A program made the position numbers and the translations under genes. From positions 157,489-221,488 of the forward strand of contig JAGWKL010000001.1 of NCBI GenBank assembly GCA_028865345.1: DNA of 64,000 nt. Direction: 5' to 3'. This DNA is from Candidatus Omnitrophota bacterium. Lineage in GTDB: Bacteria > Omnitrophota > Gorgyraeia > Zapsychrales > Fredricksoniimonadaceae. Shown piece after piece: positions 9,335 to 19,031 of the stretch (the stretch's first letter is position 1; every line of letters starts with the position of its first letter). The notes below the pieces were generated by a model. The model was not told where the DNA came from. It saw only the letters and a list, made by a program, of their open reading frames with translations, and searched no databases.

Positions 9335-11029
9335 CTACCTCCTTGTCTTCAAAAGTCTTTTGAGAGGCCCGGCTTTTTTCAAAGGCGTTTGTGCCTGATG
9401 ATCATCGAGATAATATTTGACGCAATTCATGTCCCCGAAAATATTGTCCCTGGATTCAACCTCTTTAAGCCAGGACTCGTTGATAGAATCCTCTTTTAAA
9501 TCATTGCATAACCTGTAAAACCGGTGCAGGTGCGTCTTGATCCTTTTTTCCGCGTAAGCCACGACGGTTTGTGCCTTCATGATAAACGGCCAGTCGCTGG
9601 CTTCCGCCAGAAGAAGTTCGCGCGCGGCCTGATTAAGGGCGCGGTAACGAAGAGCGGATTTGAGAGGTTTGCGGCCGAAATGGCCCCGGATCAAACCGGC
9701 ATTTTCCGATGCCACCTCTTTCATAAGCCTTCCGGCATCATGTAAATAAGGATATATCCAATCGTTGCAGTCTTCAAGCCAAAACTCGCTGAAGCCCTTA
9801 TACCCCCAACTCGAAAAGCCGGGCATGGCCACCTGATTGGTGGAATACTCTTTCAAATATTGCGACGGGGTCGCCATCTCAATGGTGTCCTGGTCATAAA
9901 AAATCTTCCGGGCCAGAAAGTCGATCCATTGAGGCCCCTCAAACCACCAATGACCGAATAATTCCGCGTCGTAGGGGGCCACGACGATCGGCTTGCGGCC
10001 CATCCTGGAAAAATAATGTTCGATCTGTTTCTGGCGGTTAAACATAAAGTTCCCGGCGTGAACAGCGGCCTTGTCGGCGGCCCTTTGCGGATTGTACGGA
10101 GCTTTTTCTTCCGTATCGCCGGTGATCCGCCAATACTTGATGCCGGTGTTGACACGGATGCCGTCGGGGTGGACATAGGGTTTGATATATTCAAAATCCA
10201 GCGCAAAGCCGATATCACGGTAATATTCCCGGTAGTCAGGATCGCCGGGATATCCCTCCTTGGCGCTCCAGACCTGCTTGGAACTTTCCCAGTCCCGCCC
10301 GAACGCGGCCACCCCGCTGGGGCAATAAACAGGGGCAAAAACACCGAACTGCGGCTGCGGGTCCGCGTTCATTATGCCGTGGGAATCGCAAAAGAAATAC
10401 GTGATGCCGGCTTCTTTTAACAGGCGATCCAGCCCCGGGTAAAAGCCGCATTCCGCAAGCCACATCCCTTTGGGGGCGACCCCGAAACAACGTCGGTATT
10501 GATCGATGCCGACGGCGATCTGGGCCTTGACAGATGACTCGTTGATGTTCAAATTGGGCAAAAAACCATGGGTGGCGCAGGAAGCAATGATCTCCAGGCA
10601 GCCGGCCTCCTGGAATTTCTTGAAAGCGTTAATGAGATTTTTATGGTAGCGGTTCACGAAGATGTCCCGGGCCTCGACAAACCGGTTGTAATACATAAGC
10701 GCGAGGCCCCGGAATTGCGGGTCATACGCTGTACGGTCCGACTCTTTAGCCGCCAGCTCAATAAGTTTATTGATGTGGCGCACGTAGCGTCCCTGCAGTA
10801 ACGGATCCATGAACATGGCCAACAGGGTCGGGCTGATCGACATGGTCAGGCGGAAATCGACCTCATCGCGCACAAGCAGCTCAAAGACCCGTAGTAAGGG
10901 GATATAGGTTTCGGTAATGGCCTCGAACAGCCAGTTCTCCTCCAGGAAATAATTTTCCTCCGGGTGGCGGACAAACGGCAGATGGGCATGAAGGACAAGG
11001 CTCAAATAGCCCCGGGGTTTTTTATTCAT
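9335..11029 (-). CDS. GH57-family glycogen branching enzyme (Thermus/Thermococcus GBE type)
   Basis: 564 aa. LVLHAHLPFVRHPE, TYIPLLRVFE, APYDAELFGHWWFEG and ELLLAEASDWPF align along the full length with what I recall of GH57 branching enzymes. I cannot verify that recollection. Confidence 0.8.
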   Translation of the reverse strand: MNKKPRGYLSLVLHAHLPFVRHPEENYFLEENWLFEAITETYIPLLRVFELLVRDEVDFRLTMSISPTLLAMFMDPLLQGRYVRHINKLIELAAKESDRTAYDPQFRGLALMYYNRFVEARDIFVNRYHKNLINAFKKFQEAGCLEIIASCATHGFLPNLNINESSVKAQIAVGIDQYRRCFGVAPKGMWLAECGFYPGLDRLLKEAGITYFFCDSHGIMNADPQPQFGVFAPVYCPSGVAAFGRDWESSKQVWSAKEGYPGDPDYREYYRDIGFALDFEYIKPYVHPDGIRVNTGIKYWRITGDTEEKAPYNPQRAADKAAVHAGNFMFNRQKQIEHYFSRMGRKPIVVAPYDAELFGHWWFEGPQWIDFLARKIFYDQDTIEMATPSQYLKEYSTNQVAMPGFSSWGYKGFSEFWLEDCNDWIYPYLHDAGRLMKEVASENAGLIRGHFGRKPLKSALRYRALNQAARELLLAEASDWPFIMKAQTVVAYAEKRIKTHLHRFYRLCNDLKEDSINESWLKEVESRDNIFGDMNCVKYYLDDHQAQTPLKKAGPLKRLLKTRR

Positions 11030-12111
11030 AGGATGTTTTTAAGTATTTTGGGAAAATAAACTGTTTTCTCCCGTTCGACACGCGTGTTGATATGCCGCTG
11101 TTCAACTCCATCCGATGATTGGGCGACAAATTTCAAAGGGACCTCGCCGTCAGGCAGCGCATACCGCAGGGAAAATGTCCCGTCCGGGTTTAATTTGATC
11201 CCTTGCTGGTTGAGCCAGACAGCGGCATCAGGTTCCGTCCTGCCATGCACAATCAATTCCGTGGCAATTTCAAAGAAAAACTTCCTTTTATTCAAACGGC
11301 CTTCGCTGCCCTGGAGCCCAAGGAATTTTTCACTGGCGCCCTGTTTTTCCGTCAGGGTCCTCTCTGAAGCGCCGGGATGGGTGCGCCGGATCAATTCGAT
11401 ACAGGTGACCAGAGGCAGGACCTTTTGCCACGGTATGCCGGCCGGTATCCCTTTGACAAGACCCGCCAGCGAAGTCCTGGGGACACCTCTTCGCCCTTTT
11501 GACTTGCTATGAAATAATTTTAAATAATAGGCGCGGATGTCGTGGGCGGTCAGGTGATAGATCCTCGGGTACTTAACGCCTTTGACCCGGCGGCCCTTTC
11601 CCGACGGCCCCTGCGTTAAAACCTGCTGAAATTCACCGGCCTGCCCCTGCATCAAACCTCGGCCGGGGTCTTCTTTGATGTCTTCCTGAATGTAGGGTTG
11701 GGATTCCCTGGACAATTTGATGTCCTGCCATATCAGGTCGTTTCTCTTCGAGGCGGTCTTGGCAGGGGTTTGCACCGTATTGGAACGCGTCAGGGCCGTA
11801 AAATGATTTTTGCCGCCGGCCACCCCCACTTCAACGCAATAACCGGCGTTGTCCTGCCCGACATTAATGTAAGCATCTTTAGTGGTCGGCCCCACTTCGA
11901 TGTCCCGCGCGGGGCTCACAGTCGAATGGACACGGAGGACGAACTTCAGGTCCTTTGTTTTCGATTTAAACTGTTGGTGCAACCGCTCCATGTCCTTGGG
12001 CGAATAATCCCAATACGCGTAAATGACATTGGGGTCGCGCGGCATAAGGACGCAGCGGGTACGCTGGCTTAAGGTCGGAAGCTCGGTTGAGTCAATTACA
12101 GACGGCGGCAT
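11026..12111 (-). CDS. conserved hypothetical protein, possibly a DUF4912-like protein often adjacent to GH57 genes
   Basis: 361 aa, soluble. The N-terminus ...DPNVIYAYWDYSPKDMERLHQQ... resembles DUF4912. It overlaps the start of the downstream GH57 gene by 4 nt, which suggests translational coupling. The family call is from memory only. Confidence 0.35.
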   Translation of the reverse strand: MPPSVIDSTELPTLSQRTRCVLMPRDPNVIYAYWDYSPKDMERLHQQFKSKTKDLKFVLRVHSTVSPARDIEVGPTTKDAYINVGQDNAGYCVEVGVAGGKNHFTALTRSNTVQTPAKTASKRNDLIWQDIKLSRESQPYIQEDIKEDPGRGLMQGQAGEFQQVLTQGPSGKGRRVKGVKYPRIYHLTAHDIRAYYLKLFHSKSKGRRGVPRTSLAGLVKGIPAGIPWQKVLPLVTCIELIRRTHPGASERTLTEKQGASEKFLGLQGSEGRLNKRKFFFEIATELIVHGRTEPDAAVWLNQQGIKLNPDGTFSLRYALPDGEVPLKFVAQSSDGVEQRHINTRVEREKTVYFPKILKNIL

Positions 12112-12122
12112 AAAGATACCCG

Positions 12123-13310
12123 TTATTGGTAAACATGCAAGGTTTCATCGGCAATAACATCCCAGGAAAAGGCCGTTTCCACCGTCAGGCGGCCGTTATG
12201 CCCCATCCAGCGGGCATGATCAAAATCATTAAAAAGGGTCCCGATGCCCCAGGCAATGGATTGGGGATTGTCCTGTATTTTGAGGCCGTTGACATCATGC
12301 CAGATGATTTCATTTGGGCCGCCGTTGACGGTGGCCACCACCGGCTTGCCGGCGCTCCAGGCTTCCAAAATGACAATGCCGAAGGGCTCATTGCGGCTGG
12401 GCACGCACACGCAGTCCGTGGATTTAAAAAGATCCCTTAAAGCCTCAGGGCTTTGCTTGCCTAAAAACCGGGTGGCATGGGCCACGCCCATCCTGGCGGC
12501 CTGGCCCTCTGTCTCGGCGCGCATCTCCCCGTCGCCTGCAAAGACAAACTTGGCGTTGGCATAATAATGTAAAATGTAAGGTATGGCGGAGACAAGCAGG
12601 TCCGGGCCTTTTTGATAAACCATGCGCCCGACGATGAGCACCATCGGGTCTAGGGGGCCAATGCCGTACTGGCGCTTGACGTCCCCGCAATCGATCCAGC
12701 TGTCAAAATCCGAGCAGCGGATGCCGTTATAAACAACATCCGTTTTGTCTTCGGGAATGTTATAGATCCACGTCACCTCATTTTTCAAGGCATTGGACAC
12801 GGTAATAACGCGGTCGCTGGAGTAGGATCCCCTCCATTCCAGGTGCCGGACACGCCTGGAATTGCCTTCAAAGAAATTATTTCCGCAGCGGCCGTACTCG
12901 GTTGAATGGATGGTAAAAACGGTCTTGTGGCGCCTGGCCTTATTGATCCATTCCAGGGCCAAGGCCGTCAGCCAGTCATGCCCATGGATCACGTCAAAAT
13001 GACCGATGTAATTTTCCGTGGCCAGAAAGGCATCCGTAAAAGAACGGCACATGTTAGCGACTTCTTCTATGAAATCAGGATGGGGGGAAAACGGGCAACG
13101 GTGATAATGAACGCCATGGATGCATTCGTACTGAGGATGGTCTTGGCGCGCCATGCGCGTAAATATATGAACCTCATGGCCTTTGCGCTCTAAGGCACAG
13201 GCAAGCTCCGTGACATGCAAACCGATGCCACCGACAAATACCGAGTGAACAGCCTCCCAGGAAAACAACCCGATCCTCATATCTAACCCTTTGTTACTAA
13301 AAGAGTTCAA
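12123..13310 (-). CDS. GT4 (GT-B fold) glycosyltransferase, likely the alpha-glucan / glycogen synthase of the cluster
   Basis: 395 aa. The N-terminal GT4 signature is RIGLFSWEAVHSVFVGGIGLHVTELACALERKGHEVHIFT. The C-terminal retaining-GT motif is ...NEPFGIVILEAWSAGKPVVAT... . Confidence 0.75.
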   Translation of the reverse strand: MNSFSNKGLDMRIGLFSWEAVHSVFVGGIGLHVTELACALERKGHEVHIFTRMARQDHPQYECIHGVHYHRCPFSPHPDFIEEVANMCRSFTDAFLATENYIGHFDVIHGHDWLTALALEWINKARRHKTVFTIHSTEYGRCGNNFFEGNSRRVRHLEWRGSYSSDRVITVSNALKNEVTWIYNIPEDKTDVVYNGIRCSDFDSWIDCGDVKRQYGIGPLDPMVLIVGRMVYQKGPDLLVSAIPYILHYYANAKFVFAGDGEMRAETEGQAARMGVAHATRFLGKQSPEALRDLFKSTDCVCVPSRNEPFGIVILEAWSAGKPVVATVNGGPNEIIWHDVNGLKIQDNPQSIAWGIGTLFNDFDHARWMGHNGRLTVETAFSWDVIADETLHVYQ

Positions 13311-13399
13311 GGGAAAATGATTATATCAAATCTTATTAATATTACAATTTATTTTAAGGACGGGGCCCCAGTCTGGGGACAGGCAGCGGGAAAATCCTA

Positions 13400-14542
13400 T
13401 TATTGCCAGAGCACGGAGTCAAAGCCAAGAGTGCCTGTGCATAAAATCCTGGCGATCCCTATGGAGGTAATGGCTAAAAACACTACAAAAGCTGCCTGAA
13501 GGACCGCTCCCAACCTTTTATTAAAACCTTTCAGACGCTCTATGGCCATCACTGCCAGCATCAACAGCACAGGGCAAAAGAACAACGAAGTCCGGGGGCA
13601 AACAAAGGGATATTTATGTATAGCCCCGAATATCAAATGCAGCCAAAATACGGCAAAAGCGGCCGGAACAACCGATTTAAATTCAAATCCATCCTTTTTA
13701 AACCTGCCCCAAAAAGCGGCCAGCATGTATACCAGACCCATTCCCATAAAAAGCCGGGACGGGCCCCTCATCCAATGGGGCCTTTCGGCAAACCAACGGG
13801 AGATCAAATTATTCAAATTTTTCCCTAAACTGCCGAAAAAGGCCCTCGGGGAATCAAAAGAAATAAAATAATCGTGCCAATAAACACTCAGATTATTTCT
13901 GGTAACGCTGACGTCAAAACAATAAAACACCAAAAGGGCCGATACGGCAACGCACGTATAAAGGACCAGCGGCCGCCATTGCCCTGTCCTCTTGCCGCAC
14001 AACCATAAATTCCATAAAAATAAAGGTATCCAGAACACGGATGGGTAGGAAACAAAACAAAGAAACGGCAGGACGTACCACCAGCGGCTTAAACCCCGGT
14101 ACAAACACCATAAACACAAGGCCGCAGCCAGGACATCCATGGAATATTGCTTTAATTCGGACGCATAATATACCAGCATGACCGATGCCGGCCAGCACAG
14201 GATATAAAGGCCAAGAGCGGCGCGGTCTTTGAATTCCCTGGAGGCAATGCCAAGCCACACCCCGAAAGCCGTCACCATGCAGGCAAAGGGCAGAAACCTC
14301 AAGGCCCAAAGTTGAAAATGAAAATATCCGGAAAACCGCTGGATCATCCAAAGATAAAAACGCGGAAAGGCCTGAAGATCAAGTAATGGTTTTGAGAATA
14401 AATCAACGGTGGAATAATTTTTAATGTTAAGAAAAATGCAATATTCATCGTTCCATAAAGGGCGCCGGTTGAAATAATGGAGGGTGATGAGAAAAAGATA
14501 CCAGCCGGCCAGGGACAAGCTGACATAGCGTAAAGTTTTCAT
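13400..14542 (-). CDS. polytopic membrane protein, possibly a GT-C-fold glycosyltransferase (ArnT/PMT-like)
   Basis: 380 aa with about 10 TM helices. An acidic motif RRPLWNDEYCIF in the first predicted periplasmic loop resembles the DE / DExRY motifs of GT-C enzymes. This is a weak call. Confidence 0.35.
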   Translation of the reverse strand: MKTLRYVSLSLAGWYLFLITLHYFNRRPLWNDEYCIFLNIKNYSTVDLFSKPLLDLQAFPRFYLWMIQRFSGYFHFQLWALRFLPFACMVTAFGVWLGIASREFKDRAALGLYILCWPASVMLVYYASELKQYSMDVLAAALCLWCLYRGLSRWWYVLPFLCFVSYPSVFWIPLFLWNLWLCGKRTGQWRPLVLYTCVAVSALLVFYCFDVSVTRNNLSVYWHDYFISFDSPRAFFGSLGKNLNNLISRWFAERPHWMRGPSRLFMGMGLVYMLAAFWGRFKKDGFEFKSVVPAAFAVFWLHLIFGAIHKYPFVCPRTSLFFCPVLLMLAVMAIERLKGFNKRLGAVLQAAFVVFLAITSIGIARILCTGTLGFDSVLWQ

Positions 14543-15013
14543 TTAATGATGGCAGCCGCCCGCGCCATGCACATGGCCGTGGGCCAGTTCTTCGGGCGTG
14601 GCCGGCCTTTTGGCGACGATCTCGACGGCAAAGGTCAAATCCTGCCCTGCCAGAGGATGGTTGCCGTCCAGGGTGATCTCATCGCCGTTGATGGCGGTGA
14701 TGGTGACCGGTGAGAAATCTTGCGCACGCCCCACTTCGAACATATCCCCGACTTTTATTTCGCGGTTGGGCAGGCGTGAACGGTCGACCTTATAAACGAG
14801 GCCTGCGTCATAAAGGCCGTAAGCGTCCTTGGCGGCAATGGTCACTGTTTTTTTCTCAAGAGGCTGCATGGCAAGCAATATCGTCTCCAAACCGGGGATG
14901 ATCTGGCCCTGGCCGGAAATAAAAATCAGCGGTTTGCCTTTGGCTGAGGCATCGACAACCTCGCCTGCCTTGGCCGTCAATACATAATCAAATGAAATCA
15001 CCTGGCTTTCCAT
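14543..15013 (-). CDS. slyD: FKBP-type peptidyl-prolyl isomerase SlyD with a metal-binding His/Cys tail
   Basis: 156 aa with an FKBP domain and an IF insert. The C-terminal tail ELAHGHVHGAGGCHH resembles E. coli SlyD. Confidence 0.85.
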   Translation of the reverse strand: MESQVISFDYVLTAKAGEVVDASAKGKPLIFISGQGQIIPGLETILLAMQPLEKKTVTIAAKDAYGLYDAGLVYKVDRSRLPNREIKVGDMFEVGRAQDFSPVTITAINGDEITLDGNHPLAGQDLTFAVEIVAKRPATPEELAHGHVHGAGGCHH

Positions 15014-15070
15014 GGGAAAGCATTATAACCTTCTCTTGCGCGTTGGCAAGCGATGATTTAATATGAGACG

Positions 15071-15964
15071 ATGGTTTCTCGAAACCCCAGAGTCCCGAGC
15101 CGCTTTGACCGGGGGGTGCGAACGGTCCTGGTCGGGCTTTCATCCAACATCGTCCTGGCCGCCGTCAAGGTCGCCGCCGGCATCCTGGGAAATTCTTACG
15201 CTTTGACCGCCGACGGCATTGAATCCACCCTTGATATTTTCTCCTCGGCGGTGGTCTTGGGAGGCATCAAGATCTCCGAGCTGCCCGCCGATGAAAACCA
15301 TCCTTACGGGCACGGCAAGGCCGAATCCCTGGCCGCGATGACCGCCTCCTCGGTCCTCATGATGGTAGGCCTCGGTATTGCGGTCAGAAGCTCGCTTGAT
15401 ATCCTTGAACCCCACCATACCCCCGCGGTGTTCACCCTCATCATCCTGGCCGCGGTCATCATTATCAAGAACGGGCTCTTTAAGAGGATATTTTCCGTCG
15501 GAGAATCGATCAACAGCCTGTCCATCAAGACGGAAGCCTGGCACCACCGGTCCGACGCCTGGTCATCGGCGGCCGCCTTTATCGGCATATCCATCGCCAT
15601 CCTGGGAGGCAAGGCTTATCAAAGCGCGGATGATTGGGCCGCACTGGCGGCCAGCGGGATCATTATTTTTAACGGCCTTCACATGCTTAAGGCAGCGGTT
15701 GCGGAAATCATGGACCAGGCGCCCGATCCCCAAACTGAGGAAACGATCCGCACGATCGCCGGAAAGGTGGCAGGGGTGGCCGCCATCGAGAAATGCAAGG
15801 TGCGCAAAAGCGGACTCGATTTATTTGTAGACATCCATGTGGAAGTGGCCGGTACCATGCAGGTCCACGAAGCCCACCTGATCGGTCATAACGTCAAGGA
15901 CGCGCTTATGGCATCAACTCTTGGTATCGCCGACGTACTGGTGCACATCGAACCGGCAAAATAA
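15071..15964 (+). CDS. cation diffusion facilitator (CDF) family divalent-metal efflux transporter
   Basis: 297 aa with a 6-TM N-terminal domain and a cytoplasmic C-terminal domain. It has typical CzcD/FieF features, including HPYGHGKAESLAA and WHHRSDAWSS. Confidence 0.9.
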   Translation: MVSRNPRVPSRFDRGVRTVLVGLSSNIVLAAVKVAAGILGNSYALTADGIESTLDIFSSAVVLGGIKISELPADENHPYGHGKAESLAAMTASSVLMMVGLGIAVRSSLDILEPHHTPAVFTLIILAAVIIIKNGLFKRIFSVGESINSLSIKTEAWHHRSDAWSSAAAFIGISIAILGGKAYQSADDWAALAASGIIIFNGLHMLKAAVAEIMDQAPDPQTEETIRTIAGKVAGVAAIEKCKVRKSGLDLFVDIHVEVAGTMQVHEAHLIGHNVKDALMASTLGIADVLVHIEPAK

Positions 15965-15996
15965 ACAGGGACGTCTCTCCAAAAAGGCAAAAAGAT

Positions 15997-16039
15997 GACG
16001 GACACTTTTATTAAAATAAAAGTGTCCGTCACTTTTCTT
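15997..16039. terminator. bidirectional intrinsic terminator between the convergent CDF gene (+) and the Cys-rich small gene (-)
   Basis: Perfect 16-bp inverted repeat GACGGACACTTTTATT-aa-AATAAAAGTGTCCGTC at 15997-16030. It is followed by ACTTTTCTTATTTT on the plus strand and preceded by a T-rich stretch as read on the minus strand. Confidence 0.6.
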
Positions 16040-16241
16040 ATTTTACCGCTTTAGGCGCGCTGAAGGGGCAATATTGATGGTGCCCGTACGCACAAGAACC
16101 GCCGCAATGAGACCAGGCAAACCACATACCGGCGGCAAAAATAAAAGCCCCGATGATGAGCCCGGCCAGCAGTTTCATGCCGCAACAGCAACCGCAGCCT
16201 TTTTTGGTTGAACAGCTTTCTTCTTTCTTTTCTTCGGCCAT
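16038..16241 (-). CDS. small Cys-rich membrane protein (67 aa); last gene of the efflux operon
   Basis: A strong SD (AAGGAGG) lies 5 nt upstream of the ATG. The product has an N-terminal CSTKKGCGCCCG cluster, one TM helix (LLAGLIIGAFIFAAGMWFAW) and a C-terminal HCGGSCAYGHHQYC. No family was recognised. Confidence 0.5.
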   Translation of the reverse strand: MAEEKKEESCSTKKGCGCCCGMKLLAGLIIGAFIFAAGMWFAWSHCGGSCAYGHHQYCPFSAPKAVK

Positions 16242-16270
16242 AATATCCTCCTTGGAATGGTATGGATTTA

Positions 16271-17374
16271 TTATGTCATTCTTTTGCTGAAACGTCGAAT
16301 ACTAAAAACCAGGACCAGCACCGCCATCAACAGCAAAGGCCAGACCTGGCCGATCAAATCAAAAAATCCCAGGCCTTTAAGGATAATCCCGCGCACGATG
16401 ATCAGAAAATAGGTCATGGGGATAAAATAACCGATATGGTGCACCCACAAGGGCATCGCTTCCCGGGGGAATATGAAACCCGAAAGCAAAATCGAGGGCA
16501 TGGCAAAAAACATGACGATTTGCGAGGCCTGCTGCTGGTTGTCCGCCACCGTCGAGGCCCATAACCCTATCCCTAAGCACACGATCAAAAAAATTAAGGT
16601 CATCACAAACAAGGTCACCACACTGCCGTGGATGGGAACGGCGAACAACACATGCATGACCGTGATGATGCTCGCGGCGATGATGACCCCGATGGCGATA
16701 TAGGGAAGTATTTTGCCCAGGATGAGCTCATAAGGCTTGATCGGAGTCACCAAAAGCTGCTCGATATTGCCCCTCTCTTTCTCGCGCACGATGGCCGAGG
16801 CCGTGATCATGGGGACCAAAAACTGCAGGACCAGGCCGACCAGGCCCGGAAGCATGAAATAGGTGCTTTTCAAATCAGGGTTGTACCAAAGCCGCGGCCG
16901 GAAATCGATGGGCAAGACCTGCACGGGGATCAAATGTTCATCCTGCATAAAGGCATTGACGATCGCCTGGCTGGAATTGAGCGCAACGGAAGCCGGTGTG
17001 TTGTCCGTTCCGTCGATGATCATTTGCAGTTGGGCGCCCTTTTTCTTTAATAAATCACCGGCAAAATTAGGGGGAATGACAAGAACCGCCTTGGCCATGC
17101 CTTTGTCCAAAGCCGTGTAGCACTGGCGTATGGAATTGGCGTTGACCTTGACGGTAAAATACTGGCTTTGCGTGAAAGCATCCACCAGGCGGCGGCTTAA
17201 ATACGTGCGGTCCTGGTCATAGACGTAGGTGGACAAATGCTTGACATCGGTATTAATGCCGTAGCCGTAGATCATCAGCTGCATGATCGGCATTATGACA
17301 ATCAGCATGAGCGTGCGCCGGTCACGCAAAATATGGATGAATTCTTTGAAGGCAATGGCCTTGATGTTACGCAC
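16271..17374 (-). CDS. ABC-2-type transporter permease
   Basis: 367 aa with an N-terminal cytoplasmic/periplasmic domain and 6 C-terminal TM helices, typical of ABC-2 exporter permeases. It overlaps the ATPase gene by 8 nt. Confidence 0.8.
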   Translation of the reverse strand: MRNIKAIAFKEFIHILRDRRTLMLIVIMPIMQLMIYGYGINTDVKHLSTYVYDQDRTYLSRRLVDAFTQSQYFTVKVNANSIRQCYTALDKGMAKAVLVIPPNFAGDLLKKKGAQLQMIIDGTDNTPASVALNSSQAIVNAFMQDEHLIPVQVLPIDFRPRLWYNPDLKSTYFMLPGLVGLVLQFLVPMITASAIVREKERGNIEQLLVTPIKPYELILGKILPYIAIGVIIAASIITVMHVLFAVPIHGSVVTLFVMTLIFLIVCLGIGLWASTVADNQQQASQIVMFFAMPSILLSGFIFPREAMPLWVHHIGYFIPMTYFLIIVRGIILKGLGFFDLIGQVWPLLLMAVLVLVFSIRRFSKRMT

Positions 17375-18344
17375 GATTCCCTCTTTCTTGCTCGGCGGCC
17401 GGTGGATTGAAATTGCCTCGCTTTATCCCTTGAGACAAATCGGAAAACACGTCTTCCAGCGACGCGGGGATGGATTTTATGACGGCGATCTCGATACCTT
17501 CTTTGTCGGCAGCGGCCCTGACGCGCTCTTCAACCGCCTGGCGGTCCGTCACATTCAAATTCAACGTTGTCCCGTACACCGTGACCCCGGCAACCCCTTC
17601 CAGGGACGAGAAAAAATGCGAGGCTTTCATCAAAGGACGGCACGTTACTTCCAGGATCTGGCCCTGCAGCGCCTCCTTGAGGTCCGACGGGCGCCCGATC
17701 TTCAGTATCTTCCCCTGACTAATAAAAGCAATGTTGTTGCAGCGCTCGGCCTCCTCCATATAATGGGTGGTCACAAACAGGGATGTGCCGCCTTCCGCCA
17801 GCTGGTAAAGAAGCTCCCAGATCGCCCGCCGGGACAAAGGGTCAAGGCCGGCTGTGGGTTCGTCCAGAAAAATGATCTTGGGCCGGTGTAAAATGGCATT
17901 GGCCACGGCCAGTTTTTGTTTCATACCGCCGGAAAGGTCTCCGGCCAGCCGCCTTTGGAAAGGGTCCAGTCCCGTAAGCTCCAAGACCTCTTTAATGCGA
18001 CCCAGGAGCGCCGCGCCTTCCAATCCGTAGATCCGGCCGTAAAAATTGAGGTTCTCGACGACATTCAAATCCGAATAAAGGCTGAAGCGCTGAGACACAT
18101 AGCCGATGACGGTCTTGATCTGCTCCGGCTGGGTCTCGACGTCGAAGCCGCCCACCTGCCCCCCGCCGCTGGTAGGCGCCAGAATGCCGCAGAGCATGCG
18201 GATGGTGGTGCTCTTGCCCGCGCCGTTGGCCCCTAAAAATCCGAAGATGGCTCCATAAGGAATGGCAAAAGAAATTTCATCGACGGCGGTGAACTTCCCG
18301 AATTTCCTGGTCAATTTGTCCGCGCTGATGGCGATATCCGGCAT
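17367..18344 (-). CDS. ABC transporter ATP-binding protein
   Basis: Walker A GANGAGKST, signature LSGGMKQKL and Walker B IIFLDEPTAGLD are present. It has a C-terminal extension domain. Confidence 0.9.
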   Translation of the reverse strand: MPDIAISADKLTRKFGKFTAVDEISFAIPYGAIFGFLGANGAGKSTTIRMLCGILAPTSGGGQVGGFDVETQPEQIKTVIGYVSQRFSLYSDLNVVENLNFYGRIYGLEGAALLGRIKEVLELTGLDPFQRRLAGDLSGGMKQKLAVANAILHRPKIIFLDEPTAGLDPLSRRAIWELLYQLAEGGTSLFVTTHYMEEAERCNNIAFISQGKILKIGRPSDLKEALQGQILEVTCRPLMKASHFFSSLEGVAGVTVYGTTLNLNVTDRQAVEERVRAAADKEGIEIAVIKSIPASLEDVFSDLSQGIKRGNFNPPAAEQERGNRA

Positions 18345-18353
18345 AAAATTCCT

Positions 18354-19031
18354 TTAATCAAATCTTACATCCGCGAAGGTTCCGGCATGAAGATATTGAT
18401 CGGGATGATCGACGGTGACTTTTACGGCGATGGTCTGGGTGGCGCGCTCTTCAGGGGTCTGCACGTTGCGCGGCGTGAATTCAGCCTTGTCGGCGATAAA
18501 GGTGATATGCCCCCTGTAAGGCTTCCCGGCGCCGTCTACCATAATGGAGGCGCTCTGGCCGAGGCTCAACTGGTGCACCAGGGCCTCGGACACATAGACC
18601 TTGATCCACTGATCCCTGATGTCTCCGATAACAACCACCCCTCCGCCTTGGGGGACGATCTCGCCGGTCTCAACGTCTTTGACCAAAACAACGCCGTCGA
18701 CCGGGGCAATGATCTGCTGGTCTTCCATGGTCAGCCGGTCATGTTCCACCGACTGCTGGTCAGCGCCGCCGTTTTTATAAAGCACTTCGGCGCGGTCATA
18801 ATCTTTTTTATCCTGATCAAATCGGTCGAGGGTCGCCAGAAGCTCACCCTTTTTAACATAATCTCCTTCGTCAACGTTGAGGGTCGTCAGGCGGCCGGCC
18901 ACCTTGGCGCCCAACACATGCTCGGTCAATTCCATGGTCCCGGAAAAGGTCATATGCTTGATGTCTTTAGGCTGGCTGCAGCCGCATATCAAAACGGCCG
19001 CCAATATCCCGATGAGCATGCGCACGGTCAT
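18354..19031 (-). CDS. HlyD/RND-adaptor-like periplasmic membrane-fusion lipoprotein (short form)
   Basis: 225 aa. The lipobox LICGCS is present. Biotinyl-lipoyl-like and beta-barrel hairpin segments are present (GELLATLD, APVDGVVL). Confidence 0.7.
   Translation of the reverse strand: MTVRMLIGILAAVLICGCSQPKDIKHMTFSGTMELTEHVLGAKVAGRLTTLNVDEGDYVKKGELLATLDRFDQDKKDYDRAEVLYKNGGADQQSVEHDRLTMEDQQIIAPVDGVVLVKDVETGEIVPQGGGVVVIGDIRDQWIKVYVSEALVHQLSLGQSASIMVDGAGKPYRGHITFIADKAEFTPRNVQTPEERATQTIAVKVTVDHPDQYLHAGTFADVRFD

Noticed and set aside
13360-13399. CCCCAG-t-CTGGGG palindrome after the GT-C-like gene stop
   Set aside because: The effective stem is 4 bp with no U-tract, so it is too weak to call a terminator. 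It may just be a short palindrome.
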